From Candidatus Bruticola sp. (GTDB taxonomy: Bacteria; Vulcanimicrobiota; Xenobia; Xenobiales; Xenobiaceae), in assembly GCA_051874735.1 (NCBI GenBank), contig JBJEGD010000026.1:96001-160000 (forward strand): DNA of 64,000 nucleotides, in the 5' to 3' direction. Shown piece by piece: positions 28,646 through 38,477 of the stretch. The notes below the pieces were generated by a model. It was not told where the DNA came from and made no database searches. It was given only the letters and a program-made list of their open reading frames with translations. Position 1 is the stretch's first letter. The number at the start of each line of letters is the position of its first letter. A program made the position numbers and the translations under genes.

Positions 28646-28647
28646 AA

Positions 28648-29139
28648 ATGCGGAGGATAAACAGGTTGAAGCATTCAAAGTTTATTAACTGTTTGATTTT
28701 AACGGCTGTAGGCGCCGCTCTGCTGCTGTCAGGGGGAGGATGCGCTAAGCGTTCACTTAAAGTAGGGGTGGTTAATACTGAGAGAATTATCAGGGAAAAT
28801 CCCAAGTACATGGAATTGAATGTGGTTTTGTCTGATGAGCGGAACAAGTTGTTCTCGCAAATTCCCAGTAATGTCAACAGCATGTCTGGAGCACAAAAGA
28901 AAGCTTTGCAGGAAAAATTAGCTAAAGAGGCTGCTGAGCGTTCCAGTAAATTTGACAAGCTTTACAATGAAAGCATGAAAAGCCTGCGTGAAGATATAAA
29001 AAAACAGGCTTCAGAAGTTGCTAAAGATAAAAATATCGACTTAGTGGTAGTTAATACCATAAATTATCCAGTAGTGCTTTATACCAGCGGCGATAATGTC
29101 ACTTTAGATATTCTTCTCAAAATGGACGGAGCAAAATAA
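28648..29139 (+). CDS. Skp/OmpH-like lipoprotein
   Basis: GGGC lipobox-like; KVGVVNTERII, VAKDKNIDLVV, NVTLDIL. Confidence 0.78.
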   Translation: MRRINRLKHSKFINCLILTAVGAALLLSGGGCAKRSLKVGVVNTERIIRENPKYMELNVVLSDERNKLFSQIPSNVNSMSGAQKKALQEKLAKEAAERSSKFDKLYNESMKSLREDIKKQASEVAKDKNIDLVVVNTINYPVVLYTSGDNVTLDILLKMDGAK

Positions 29140-29853
29140 ATGGAACAGGGACTCATACATACTAGCGCTTGTATTGATGTCTTCGCCTCTCTTGGAGAGG
29201 GATGCCGAGTCGGAGCTATGGCTGTTATTGAAAGTGGAGCCCAAATTGGCTGCGGAGCTGAAATCGGTCCTAAAGTTTATATCGGACGCAACGTTTCTAT
29301 CGGTGAAAGAGCTGTTATAAAGTGCGGTGCTGTTATTATGGATGGCGTTGTTGTTGGCAGAGAAGCGGTAGTCGAGTCGGGGGCTGTTTTGGGAATGGAT
29401 GGCTTTGGATATGTTTTTGACGGACAAAGCCATCGTAAAATTCAGCAAATAGGCAATGTTGTCATTGGGCAGGGAGCGAAAATTGGCGCTTGTTCCTGTA
29501 TAGACAGGGCCGCTTCTGCTTCAACGGTCGTTGGCGATCATACTGAAATAGGTCATATGGTGATGGTCGGTCATAACAGCAAGATTGGCAGCGGGTGTCG
29601 CATTGGTGATCAGAGCGGTTTAACTGGTTCCTCTCTGGTCGGTAACGATTGTATCATCGGCTCTCAGTGTGGTATAGGTGTGCGTGTTGAACTTGGCGAT
29701 GGCTGTGTGTTGCTAGATCGAGCCACGGCTATGCGCAAATATGAGCCTGGGCAGGTTCTGGCCGGACATCCAGGACGACCGGTGGCGGAGGTTCGCCGTG
29801 CAGAAGCGGCTTTTAATTTGCTGCCTAAACTTTTAAAAGATTATATTGAGTAG
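29140..29853 (+). CDS. lpxD: LpxD N-acyltransferase lacking the N-terminal uridine-binding domain
   Basis: Hexapeptide repeats, DGFGY, KIQQIGNV, IDRA, VGHN (catalytic His); canonical position after skp. Confidence 0.8.
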   Translation: MEQGLIHTSACIDVFASLGEGCRVGAMAVIESGAQIGCGAEIGPKVYIGRNVSIGERAVIKCGAVIMDGVVVGREAVVESGAVLGMDGFGYVFDGQSHRKIQQIGNVVIGQGAKIGACSCIDRAASASTVVGDHTEIGHMVMVGHNSKIGSGCRIGDQSGLTGSSLVGNDCIIGSQCGIGVRVELGDGCVLLDRATAMRKYEPGQVLAGHPGRPVAEVRRAEAAFNLLPKLLKDYIE

Positions 29854-30064
29854 TTCGTACCGGTCTTGGGGGCGGTTTTCTAGTCGGGAAGACCGGTAGA
29901 TCTTGTTGTTAGGGCAGATTCGGAGCAACTCATTTCCATTTTATCAATATTTATGTCAAGGCGCCTCAATTAGTCTGCAGTTTTGAAATTTGCAGCAGCA
30001 CAGTTTAGGGCGCTATTTTTCTGTGTAACGCAGAGAGCGATGAATCTGTCGGAGTTGGGTTTTT

Positions 30065-31909
30065 ATGAGAAAATATAATTTATGGGCCTTAATTTTGGCT
30101 TTTGTAGTCTTTTATTCCGCTGCTCTGTCATCTGCCTGGGCTGCTGATGTAATGCTGGGAGGCCAGGTTATCTTTCGTATAAATGATGAGGATCAAGCAA
30201 AAAAAATATCCCAAAAAATTGAAGCTATGTTGCAGAGGGGGGCTTCTTCGTCTTCAATTAAAGTCGTACGTAAAGATATTGCTGTAGCCTCGGAGGGGCA
30301 AGATAAGCAAGATAAAGATGAAGGTAGCAAGGGAGGGGCTAAAGCGAAAAAATCTGTTTATAAAATATTTTGGGGAAGTGAATTAGTCATTGAAGTGAAT
30401 GACGAAATTGCCAAGCAGAATGCTTCTTCTCCAGAAGCTTTAGCTAATTTATGGGCCTCCAATATGCGCAATGTCGTCGATATTGGCCTGTTGAATGTTG
30501 ATGTTGCTAGAGTCGTTTTACCTATAGAGGCTGATAAGGTTATTTACGCTTCTGGTTTGGCAACCGGTCCTTTGAGTGCTGAAGAGACTTCAGGTATCGT
30601 TGATATTGATATCGATCAGGAAAACGGCCTTATTAAGATAAAAGGGCGCAGGGTTGGAAAGTCGTCTATCGTTATTAGCAAAGGGGTTGCCTCCGTTTCC
30701 GTTTTTGTGCAGGTGAAAGATTGGGCCGGCAAACTTCCTCAGACGGTTAATGTTGAAGTAACTGGCAATCCTGCACAGATTGATGACGTTTCCCAGGCGG
30801 TTATGCTTTCCATAGCGGCTAATACTTTCGTTCAGCCAGGCTGCAGTGTTTATGTTGATGATTCCAACTTTAAACCGATTCCGGTGAGTAAAGGCGACAG
30901 TATGCGCTTAAGCGTGCCTGTGGGTATAAATGCTTCGGAAGATTATTTTGCGCTTCGCGGCAATGTTAATGTTGTAGTTAGCAATATAGAAGCTCCTGTA
31001 GTTGAGCAGAATCTGCTTCTAGTCAGCAATCGGCCGGAGCGTGTCAGCACAGATGGAGTATTAATGAAGTATAACTTCAAGAGACGTGAGCCCAGTCGTC
31101 TTATGTTCTCCCATCTTAATGCTTCCGAAAAGAATCGTTATTTGTGGATAAATTTAGCTAATTTAAATGACGAACCGATAAAGATTGTTATCAGTCGCAC
31201 TTCTGCTGGACCTGAGCGCAGCGAAATTTATGTCGGCCAAACGGCTGCCAAGCGCTTTTTAGAAAATTTGGCCAGTCGTTCCGGCTATATCATTACTCTT
31301 CCGCCCAATTCTGCTTTAGAGCTCTGTTCTTATGTGATGCGTCCTGAAGCTTTGGTAAGTGGATTTATAAATTTCCAAATTTTGGAAGGTACTAGCGCGA
31401 CCGTTGAAGTGCGCAGTTCATTAAATCCTAATGCTAACGATGGACGTCCTCTGCCAGAAATAGGGGCCCCTTTTAATCCTTTCAAAATACATCCTCACGG
31501 AGTTTTTGCTCAGCCTTATTTTGAAAATGAAGGTGAATTTGTTATAGGTGGCAGTCCTTTAACTTTTCGTTATGGTGAGAGTCCTTGGCTGATTGATTTT
31601 GAAACTGGGCTGCCCAACACTGGCAATTTCGGGGTTTTGTATAAATCTTTGGTAGAATTAAAAAATCCTACTAAGCGTACAAAAACTGTGGGACTTTACT
31701 TTACGCCTTTGTCCGGCCCTGGCGGTGCTAACTTCCTGATAGGCAATTCTGTTTATCAGGCAGTTTTCCGCAAAAAAGGTGATGAAGTACTTGTAGCTAA
31801 AATCGAACTCTCGCCAGAGTCTAGCAGTATAATTGAAATTGTCACTTTACCTGAGGCGACTTCCTGTTATCCTGCCCAGTATGAATTGCGTGAACTGGAC
31901 GGGCGCTGA
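30065..31909 (+). CDS. exported hypothetical protein
   Basis: Signal peptide ending AWA; beta-rich; LLVSNRPE motif; function not recognised. Confidence 0.75.
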   Translation: MRKYNLWALILAFVVFYSAALSSAWAADVMLGGQVIFRINDEDQAKKISQKIEAMLQRGASSSSIKVVRKDIAVASEGQDKQDKDEGSKGGAKAKKSVYKIFWGSELVIEVNDEIAKQNASSPEALANLWASNMRNVVDIGLLNVDVARVVLPIEADKVIYASGLATGPLSAEETSGIVDIDIDQENGLIKIKGRRVGKSSIVISKGVASVSVFVQVKDWAGKLPQTVNVEVTGNPAQIDDVSQAVMLSIAANTFVQPGCSVYVDDSNFKPIPVSKGDSMRLSVPVGINASEDYFALRGNVNVVVSNIEAPVVEQNLLLVSNRPERVSTDGVLMKYNFKRREPSRLMFSHLNASEKNRYLWINLANLNDEPIKIVISRTSAGPERSEIYVGQTAAKRFLENLASRSGYIITLPPNSALELCSYVMRPEALVSGFINFQILEGTSATVEVRSSLNPNANDGRPLPEIGAPFNPFKIHPHGVFAQPYFENEGEFVIGGSPLTFRYGESPWLIDFETGLPNTGNFGVLYKSLVELKNPTKRTKTVGLYFTPLSGPGGANFLIGNSVYQAVFRKKGDEVLVAKIELSPESSSIIEIVTLPEATSCYPAQYELRELDGR

Positions 31910-32111
31910 CATTTTATGAAGATTATATAAAAATAATATCTAAAGCCCGTTCTGCCGTTGAGGCGGCTCACGGGTTTTTTTTGATATAAATTATGGCGTC
32001 AGCATGCTTCTCTAGTGCGATGGAACGATAAATATGGAGGAATAGCGGAGAAAATATAAAAAAGCGCCGTAGCTTTTTTTCTTTATTTTTTATTAAATTC
32101 GGAGTATTTTC

Positions 32112-32951
32112 ATGTGCAGAGCGCAGCGTACTTTGGCGAAAGAAGTTTCCTTCGAAGGAGTAGGGATTCATACTGGGAGAGCGAGTCACCTAACTATTAA
32201 GCCGGCTCCTGTCGATCACGGTCTCGTTTTTCTTAGTTCTGGAGAGTATATCCCTGCTACCTATGAGTACGTTATTTCTACAAAGCGCTCTACAACGATT
32301 GGTAAGGGACAGGTCGCGGTAAATACTATCGAGCATTTAATGGCCGCTTTTGGAGGTCTTTCTGTGGATAATGCTCTTATAGAGATAGAAGGGCCGGAAG
32401 TTCCTATTTTAGACGGTTCTGCTTTGCCTTTTTGTCAGGCTATGGAAGAAGCAGGTATAGTTAATATCAAAGGCAGTGAAGTAGAAGATTATTATCTGAG
32501 CGAGCCCATTTTTGCTGCAGAAGGGGACAGTTTAGTTTTGGCTATGCCCGATTCCCAATATAATCTTGAAGGAGCTGTCAGCTACAACAGTCCTCAAGTA
32601 GGTATTCAGCGATATCGTTACTGCGGATATGACAACTTTGTGACTCATATAGCTCCTGCTCGTACTTTTGGTTTTTGGTCTGAGGTAAAAACTCTCTTAG
32701 AAAACGGATTAGGGCAAGGTGGCGATCTGTCTAATGCTTTAATTTATGATCGTCCTGGTTTTAATGCTGCAGAAAATCAGCGTTTTGTCAATGAACCGGT
32801 GCGTCACAAAATTTTAGATTTAGCTGGTGATATTTGTCTGTTAGGTCGTCCGCTGTGTGCTTTTGTTTTGGCCGTTCGGGCTGGTCATAAATTGCATGTA
32901 GAATTCGTTCGCAAAATCGCTGAGGAGATGAAAAAAAATGCTGAATACTAA
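32112..32951 (+). CDS. lpxC: UDP-3-O-acyl-N-acetylglucosamine deacetylase
   Basis: QRTL, GVGIHTG, TIEHLMAA, EVPILDGS, APARTFG, RHKILD, AGH. Confidence 0.96.
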   Translation: MCRAQRTLAKEVSFEGVGIHTGRASHLTIKPAPVDHGLVFLSSGEYIPATYEYVISTKRSTTIGKGQVAVNTIEHLMAAFGGLSVDNALIEIEGPEVPILDGSALPFCQAMEEAGIVNIKGSEVEDYYLSEPIFAAEGDSLVLAMPDSQYNLEGAVSYNSPQVGIQRYRYCGYDNFVTHIAPARTFGFWSEVKTLLENGLGQGGDLSNALIYDRPGFNAAENQRFVNEPVRHKILDLAGDICLLGRPLCAFVLAVRAGHKLHVEFVRKIAEEMKKNAEY

Positions 32952-33363
32952 AGATATATTGCACAGGATTAATTACAAAAGTCCTCTTTTTTTTGTTGAT
33001 ATTGTTAACGAGTTAGAGTTTCCTAAAATCTCTGGTTATAAAAATGTGACTATGAGCGAGCCCCATTTCGCTGGACATTTCCCAGGCAAACCCATTATGC
33101 CTGGAGTACTACAAATGGAAGCTTTGGTACAGATTTGCCGACTTCTCTATATAGGGAATGAAGAGGCTCCTATTAAAGTAAAAGAGCTCGATTTAGTTGG
33201 AGTTAAAAAATTTAAGTTTAGAACTCCTGTTGTTCCAGGAGATCGCCTCGATCTTTATGCTGAAGAAATTGAGCGTAACAACGAAAATATAGTGCTATCT
33301 GTTAAAGCTTGCGTTGGAGATAATGTCGCTTGTGAAGGAATACTTTCTTTCAGTTGGCAATAA
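32938..33363 (+). CDS. fabZ: 3-hydroxyacyl-ACP dehydratase
   Basis: KNVTMSEPHFAGHFPGKPIMPGVLQMEAL, KFRTPVVPGD. Confidence 0.92.
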   Translation: MLNTKDILHRINYKSPLFFVDIVNELEFPKISGYKNVTMSEPHFAGHFPGKPIMPGVLQMEALVQICRLLYIGNEEAPIKVKELDLVGVKKFKFRTPVVPGDRLDLYAEEIERNNENIVLSVKACVGDNVACEGILSFSWQ

Positions 33364-33479
33364 AAGGCGAACGCACGACCGTTTGCGGCTAGCTGTAGGA
33401 AATTTGCCATATACAGACGAAATTATAAACCGTTTTGTGTTCGCTTTTGCATAGAGACAAAAATTGGAGGATAAGCATT

Positions 33480-34418
33480 ATGAAGCCGATTAAAGTTGGC
33501 GTGGTCGGCATTGGTAGTATGGGGAAAAACCATGCTCGAGTGTGCGCCGAACTACCTCAAATTGAACTTACAGGCATGGTGGATCTCGATGAAGCCAGAG
33601 TCGCCCCTTTAGCTCAGCAGTACGGCACACAGTATTATAAAGATTATAAGAGTCTCTATGGCAAAATCGACGCTGTAGTTATTGTTGCACCTACACCGCT
33701 TCACTATCAAATCGCTCAAGATTTTTTGGAACAGGGCGTTCATGTCTTGGTAGAAAAGCCCATTACTGTAGAGGTAAGCGAGGCTAAACGGTTAGTGACT
33801 TCCGCTAAGGAAAAAAATCTTGTTCTGCAGGTAGGTCATTTGGAGCGTTTCAATCCAGCCGTAATAAAGCTTAAGCAGATGGTGAGCAAACCTGTGTTAA
33901 TAGAATGCCACCGCCTTTCTGGGCCTACTACTCGCAGTCTCGATGTCGGTATTATTTGGGATTTAATGATCCACGATTTTGATATACTTCTCAGTTTATA
34001 TAAATCTCCAGTAGCCGAAATCCATGCTATGGGGACTTCTATCTATTCTAAATTTGAAGATGTAGCTCACGTGCAAATGCGGTTTGAATGTGGGGCTGTA
34101 GCCAGTTTGGTAGCTAGTCGCAATTCCGGAGAAAGGAAGCGCAGTCTCAAAATTACTGAAGATACCGGACGAGTTTTGTCTCTCGATTTTATTAACCAAA
34201 CTTTAGTTATTTCTCGTCCTGGCCCCGATGGGCGTCCCCTAGATTTGGAGCCAGTTCACATCGAGAAAGAGGAACCTCTACGTTTGGAACTCAGCAATTT
34301 TGCAGATTGTGTGATTAATCACAAGGAACCTGTTGTATCCGGTGAGGATGGCAAGCGAGCTTTGGAATTAGCTGTTCACGTTTTGGAGAATATGCAAAAA
34401 ATTACGCTTTCTAAGTAA
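33480..34418 (+). CDS. Gfo/Idh/MocA oxidoreductase, GnnA-like UDP-GlcNAc 3-dehydrogenase
   Basis: GVVGIGSMG, LVEKP, VGHLERFNPA, DLMIHD; lies between fabZ and lpxA. Start ATG 33480 after GGAGG. Confidence 0.85.
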   Translation: MKPIKVGVVGIGSMGKNHARVCAELPQIELTGMVDLDEARVAPLAQQYGTQYYKDYKSLYGKIDAVVIVAPTPLHYQIAQDFLEQGVHVLVEKPITVEVSEAKRLVTSAKEKNLVLQVGHLERFNPAVIKLKQMVSKPVLIECHRLSGPTTRSLDVGIIWDLMIHDFDILLSLYKSPVAEIHAMGTSIYSKFEDVAHVQMRFECGAVASLVASRNSGERKRSLKITEDTGRVLSLDFINQTLVISRPGPDGRPLDLEPVHIEKEEPLRLELSNFADCVINHKEPVVSGEDGKRALELAVHVLENMQKITLSK

Positions 34419-34468
34419 AGCAGCAATAAAAATTTTTCCGCTTAAAGTACAGAGAGGAGAGCCAAGAG

Positions 34469-35278
34469 GTGATTCATTCCAGCGCTATAGTACATCCCGG
34501 GGCACGCATCGGTGAGGGAGTAGAAATCGGACCTTTTTCTATTATCGGAGAAAATGTAGAAATTGGAGACGGAACTAAAATTATGTCTTCTGTCGTCATA
34601 GATGGATGGACAACTATAGGCAAAAATAACAAAATTTATCCGGGTGTATCTATTGGTCTGGCACCTCAGGATTTCAGTTATAAAGGGCAGCGTTCATTTG
34701 TAACTATTGGTGATAATAATGAGTTCCGTGAATATGTGACTATTCATAGGGCTGCCGATGAAGATGGTATTACTTCTGTGGGTAGCGGCAATCTGCTTAT
34801 GGCGAATGTACACATCGCTCATAACTGCCATATTGGTAGTCAAATTACTATGGCTAATTATGCTGGTTTGGCTGGTCATACTGTAGTAGAAGATCAGGCG
34901 GTATTAGGTGGGCTTGTAGGTATCCATCAGCACACCCGCATCGGTCGTTTGTGTATGGTAGGCGGATGCTCCAAGATAAATAAAGATTTGCCGCCCTTCA
35001 GTATTGTCGATGGTAATCCTTGTCGTCTCTTTGGTATGAATTTCCGAGGCATGCGGCGCCGTGACATTTCTAAGGAAAGTCGTTTAGCTGTTCATAAAGC
35101 TATCAATATTTTGGGCAGTTGTGGACTGACCTTAGACGCCGCTATAGAACGCATAGACAGTGAGTTGGAGCATACCCCTGAAATTGAACATTTCCTGACT
35201 TTCCTGCGCGGTGATTCTCATATGGGAGTTCTCAATAAAGCCGGCAACGTAGGGGCGAGAGCTCACAGTAACGCTTAA
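34469..35278 (+). CDS. lpxA: acyl-ACP--UDP-N-acetylglucosamine acyltransferase
   Basis: IHSSAIV, APQD, REYVTIHR, HIAHNC, LAGH, IHQ. Confidence 0.96.
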   Translation: MIHSSAIVHPGARIGEGVEIGPFSIIGENVEIGDGTKIMSSVVIDGWTTIGKNNKIYPGVSIGLAPQDFSYKGQRSFVTIGDNNEFREYVTIHRAADEDGITSVGSGNLLMANVHIAHNCHIGSQITMANYAGLAGHTVVEDQAVLGGLVGIHQHTRIGRLCMVGGCSKINKDLPPFSIVDGNPCRLFGMNFRGMRRRDISKESRLAVHKAINILGSCGLTLDAAIERIDSELEHTPEIEHFLTFLRGDSHMGVLNKAGNVGARAHSNA

Positions 35279-35289
35279 TTGGTGCAGCT

Positions 35290-37737
35290 TTGACTGAAAA
35301 TAGTCAGCAACAATCATCTGCTTATCCTCAGTTGACGGTTGCGATAATCGCCATAGAGCCTTCTGCCGATCTTCATGGAAGCAATTTGGCTAGGGCTCTT
35401 TTGGCGATTAATCCGCATCTAAAACTGGTCGGCGTAGGCGGATCGCATATGGCCGCGTCGGGAGTCAGTCTGTGGTTAAGGACCACAGACATGGCAGTTA
35501 TTGGTCCCGGCGGGGCTATTGCTCGTTTGCCTAAATATATATGTTACTATTTGTACGTGCGCAGGCATTTGCTTAAGGAACATCCTCACCTCAGCATTTT
35601 AATAGACTGCCCCGCCGTTAACATGCGTTATGCTGGTCTTTTGACTCGCTATGGCTATCATTCTGTTTATTACTTTCCCCCTTCTGCCTGGACAACCAGC
35701 GAAGTGCGTCTTAGACAGATTTTTAGCCGCACAGATAGGGTAATTTGTACCTTCTTGAGCAATGCCGAAAATTATCGCCGTCTGGGTATGGATGTAGATT
35801 TCTTCGGCCATCCTCTTATCGATATGCCCGAGTTAGGAATTTCTGCAGAAGAAGCTAAAAACAAGTTGGGGCTGGTAGGCGAAAATATTTTGGCTTTACT
35901 TCCGGGCAGTCGTGCTTCAGAAATAAAGTATCTATTGCCGATTTTTTTAGAAATAGTTGCTAAGTTGCATCAAGAAATAGAAAATTTGCAGGTACTTGTA
36001 CCTTGTGCAACTCAGGCGCTTCGCAGGCAAATAGTTGCCTATATGGGGGATAGGTTCCCTTATGTGCGTGTTTTAAATGGGCAGTCTCGTTTAGCCCTTT
36101 TAGCTTGTCGAGCAGCGTTGATGAGCTCTGGCACAGCTAGCCTGGAAGCTGCGATATTAGGCGCCCCAATGGTTCTGTCTTATAAACTTTGTCCCTTCGA
36201 TGCTGTTATAGGTAAGTTCCTGATTTGGAGTGGTTTATTAAAAATTGAGCATATCGGGTTGCCCAGTTTGGTCGCTGGACATCGCATTGTTCCAGAGTTT
36301 GTTCAAGATGAAGTTTCACCTGAAAATATTATCCCTCATTTGCGCAATTTTATGCGAGATACTCCTGAGCGGTGCCAAATAAAACAAGATCTTTTAGATA
36401 TGAGGAAGTCCATGGGCGCTCCTGGAGTAATTACCAAGATAGCCTCTTCTTTATATAGTCGCATTGAGAGCAGTGCTGCTGAAAGGATGGCTGAACCTTT
36501 CGACATTGTTATAACATCTAATTCTCCTGGAGAGGTGTCCACGTGGGTGCGACGCACTGTTGCTCAGTTGGAGGTTAAAAACAAAGGGCAGTTTAGAGTT
36601 ATAGTAGCGTTAGTTCCATGTCCTTATGCTTCCGGAGCTGAAGCTGAAGTCGCCGCTTCTCTGCCAGGCGTTTCCATTGTTCTGACGCCTAGTCAGACTG
36701 TGCGTTTAATGTGCGGCATGTTCAACGATTTTGAGCTGCGTAAAAAGGGAGTAGTAGTATTTTTAGGCGGTGATCTTATTCACGCTAAAATTTTGGCTTG
36801 GCGTTTAAAATATCGCTCTATAGCCTATGCAGCTAGATACAACAGGCTAATCTACTATTTTGATAAAGTCGCTGCTTCAGATATTTCACTGGCCTCTGAA
36901 TTATTAGAAGCTGGAGTTAATGAAGTTGTTAATATAGGTAATTTAAGTATTGATGGGGTTATTTCTGAAGTTGATAGGGAAGCAGCTGATAAAGTATCCC
37001 GTAGAACTGGCTTGAAGATTGGCATTTTCCCAGGATCGCGTTTTCTGCATACTAAGATCGCTCTAGGAGTGTTTTTGCGTGTAGCTGCTCTAATAAAAAC
37101 GCGTCACCCTGAGGTTGAATTTGTCCTTTCTGTATCGCCTTTTCTTTCCCCAGCTCGGCTGGAATCGGCACTTTGTAATCCTTTTAGTTTGGGGCTTCCG
37201 GTAGCTAAGGGTAAATTGCTCAGTGCTGATCGCATTGCAGTTGAGTGTATGTATGAAGATGAACAGGCTGCAGGACGCAGTTTTGAAGTTGAAGTTTTGT
37301 GGGGCCATCCTTATCAAGCTATTGCAGAAATAGATATGGCACTTACCATTCCGGGAACGAATACTGGAGAGTTGGGGTGTTGCGGCAAACCTATGGTAGT
37401 AGGACTTTCTGCTGATGCTTCCCTGCCCAGAGGAGGTTTGGGCGGCTTATTTGAAAGGATGCCAGTTTTATCAAAACTTAAGAGTTATTTGCGCTTGCGT
37501 TCTTATGCGCGTCACGGTTTCGCTGCGATCCCTAACCGTATTGCTTCTAGAGCTATCGTTCCTGAAGTTTTAGTAAAAAAAGATACGTCTGTGCTGGCCC
37601 AGCCTATTTTAGAGTGGATTGAAACTCCTGAGAAGTACGCCCGTGTTTCCCAAGATTTAAAAGACACTATGAGAACGACAGAGGGAGCGGGCAAGCGCAT
37701 GGCTGAGTTGATCCTGGGTTTGGTTGATTCTAAATAA
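35290..37737 (+). CDS. lpxB: lipid A disaccharide synthase fused to a second LpxB-like GT-B domain
   Basis: N-half EPSADLHG, GHPL, LLPGSRASE, SGTASLE; C-half SNSPGE, LGGD, FPGSR, TIPGTNTGE, IPN. Confidence 0.9.
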   Translation: MTENSQQQSSAYPQLTVAIIAIEPSADLHGSNLARALLAINPHLKLVGVGGSHMAASGVSLWLRTTDMAVIGPGGAIARLPKYICYYLYVRRHLLKEHPHLSILIDCPAVNMRYAGLLTRYGYHSVYYFPPSAWTTSEVRLRQIFSRTDRVICTFLSNAENYRRLGMDVDFFGHPLIDMPELGISAEEAKNKLGLVGENILALLPGSRASEIKYLLPIFLEIVAKLHQEIENLQVLVPCATQALRRQIVAYMGDRFPYVRVLNGQSRLALLACRAALMSSGTASLEAAILGAPMVLSYKLCPFDAVIGKFLIWSGLLKIEHIGLPSLVAGHRIVPEFVQDEVSPENIIPHLRNFMRDTPERCQIKQDLLDMRKSMGAPGVITKIASSLYSRIESSAAERMAEPFDIVITSNSPGEVSTWVRRTVAQLEVKNKGQFRVIVALVPCPYASGAEAEVAASLPGVSIVLTPSQTVRLMCGMFNDFELRKKGVVVFLGGDLIHAKILAWRLKYRSIAYAARYNRLIYYFDKVAASDISLASELLEAGVNEVVNIGNLSIDGVISEVDREAADKVSRRTGLKIGIFPGSRFLHTKIALGVFLRVAALIKTRHPEVEFVLSVSPFLSPARLESALCNPFSLGLPVAKGKLLSADRIAVECMYEDEQAAGRSFEVEVLWGHPYQAIAEIDMALTIPGTNTGELGCCGKPMVVGLSADASLPRGGLGGLFERMPVLSKLKSYLRLRSYARHGFAAIPNRIASRAIVPEVLVKKDTSVLAQPILEWIETPEKYARVSQDLKDTMRTTEGAGKRMAELILGLVDSK

Positions 37738-38392
37738 TATGAAAATTCCTAATGAAAATTGCCAAAATATTGCTACTCCTTTTATTTTCAAGTGGCGAGG
37801 CTTGATTATGGCAGTAGTGACGGCTATCATACTGGCTGCTGCCAAGCCAACTTTAGTTACCTGCTGCTGGGGAATTGGCTTTGTACTTTTAGGAGAGCTG
37901 TTGCGTTCATGGGCTTTGGGCTGGACTGGAGAACATACACGTAGTCAGGAATTAATGGCGTCTTTTTTAGTTACTGGCGGTCCTTATAAATACATACGCA
38001 ATCCACTGTACTTAGGCAATATTTTAAACGGATTTGGGGTTATGGTTGCTGCTTCTGGAGCTATGTCGTATTTGGGAACGGCTGCTTTGTGGGCTTTTGG
38101 TCTTCTATCTCTTTATATGGTTTATGCTTCATGTATAATCGCTGAAGAAGCTTTCTTGGCTATGCGTTTTGGTGATCTCTTCTTCCGCTACAGAGCAGTT
38201 ACGCCGACCATTGTACCGCGTTGGGGAGATTATCTCGATTTTATAAGCAGTTTTTTCAATTTCTCTTCCTGTACAGATGTTCAATATGAAGGGAGAGGCT
38301 TCTTCTCTTGGCAATCTTTAAAATTTGAATATAGTACTTGGGGATGGATAATTGCTGTTTGGTCTTGTTTATTTATAAAAGCTTTCATGTAA
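37724..38392 (+). CDS. isoprenylcysteine carboxylmethyltransferase-family membrane methyltransferase (LmtA-like)
   Basis: GELLRSWA, LVTGGPYKYIRNPLYLG, EEAFL..FG; several TM helices. Confidence 0.85.
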   Translation: MILNNMKIPNENCQNIATPFIFKWRGLIMAVVTAIILAAAKPTLVTCCWGIGFVLLGELLRSWALGWTGEHTRSQELMASFLVTGGPYKYIRNPLYLGNILNGFGVMVAASGAMSYLGTAALWAFGLLSLYMVYASCIIAEEAFLAMRFGDLFFRYRAVTPTIVPRWGDYLDFISSFFNFSSCTDVQYEGRGFFSWQSLKFEYSTWGWIIAVWSCLFIKAFM

Positions 38393-38400
38393 AAACATTT

Positions 38401-38437
38401 AGTGCTTATCCCCTGCCTTAGGCTGGGATAAGCACTT
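38401..38437. terminator. hairpin between convergent operons
   Basis: 12-bp stem agtgcttatccc/gggataagcact. Confidence 0.7.
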
Positions 38438-38477
38438 GACCAGGCTATGTTATATGCTGCTATTCTCTAGTTAATAG

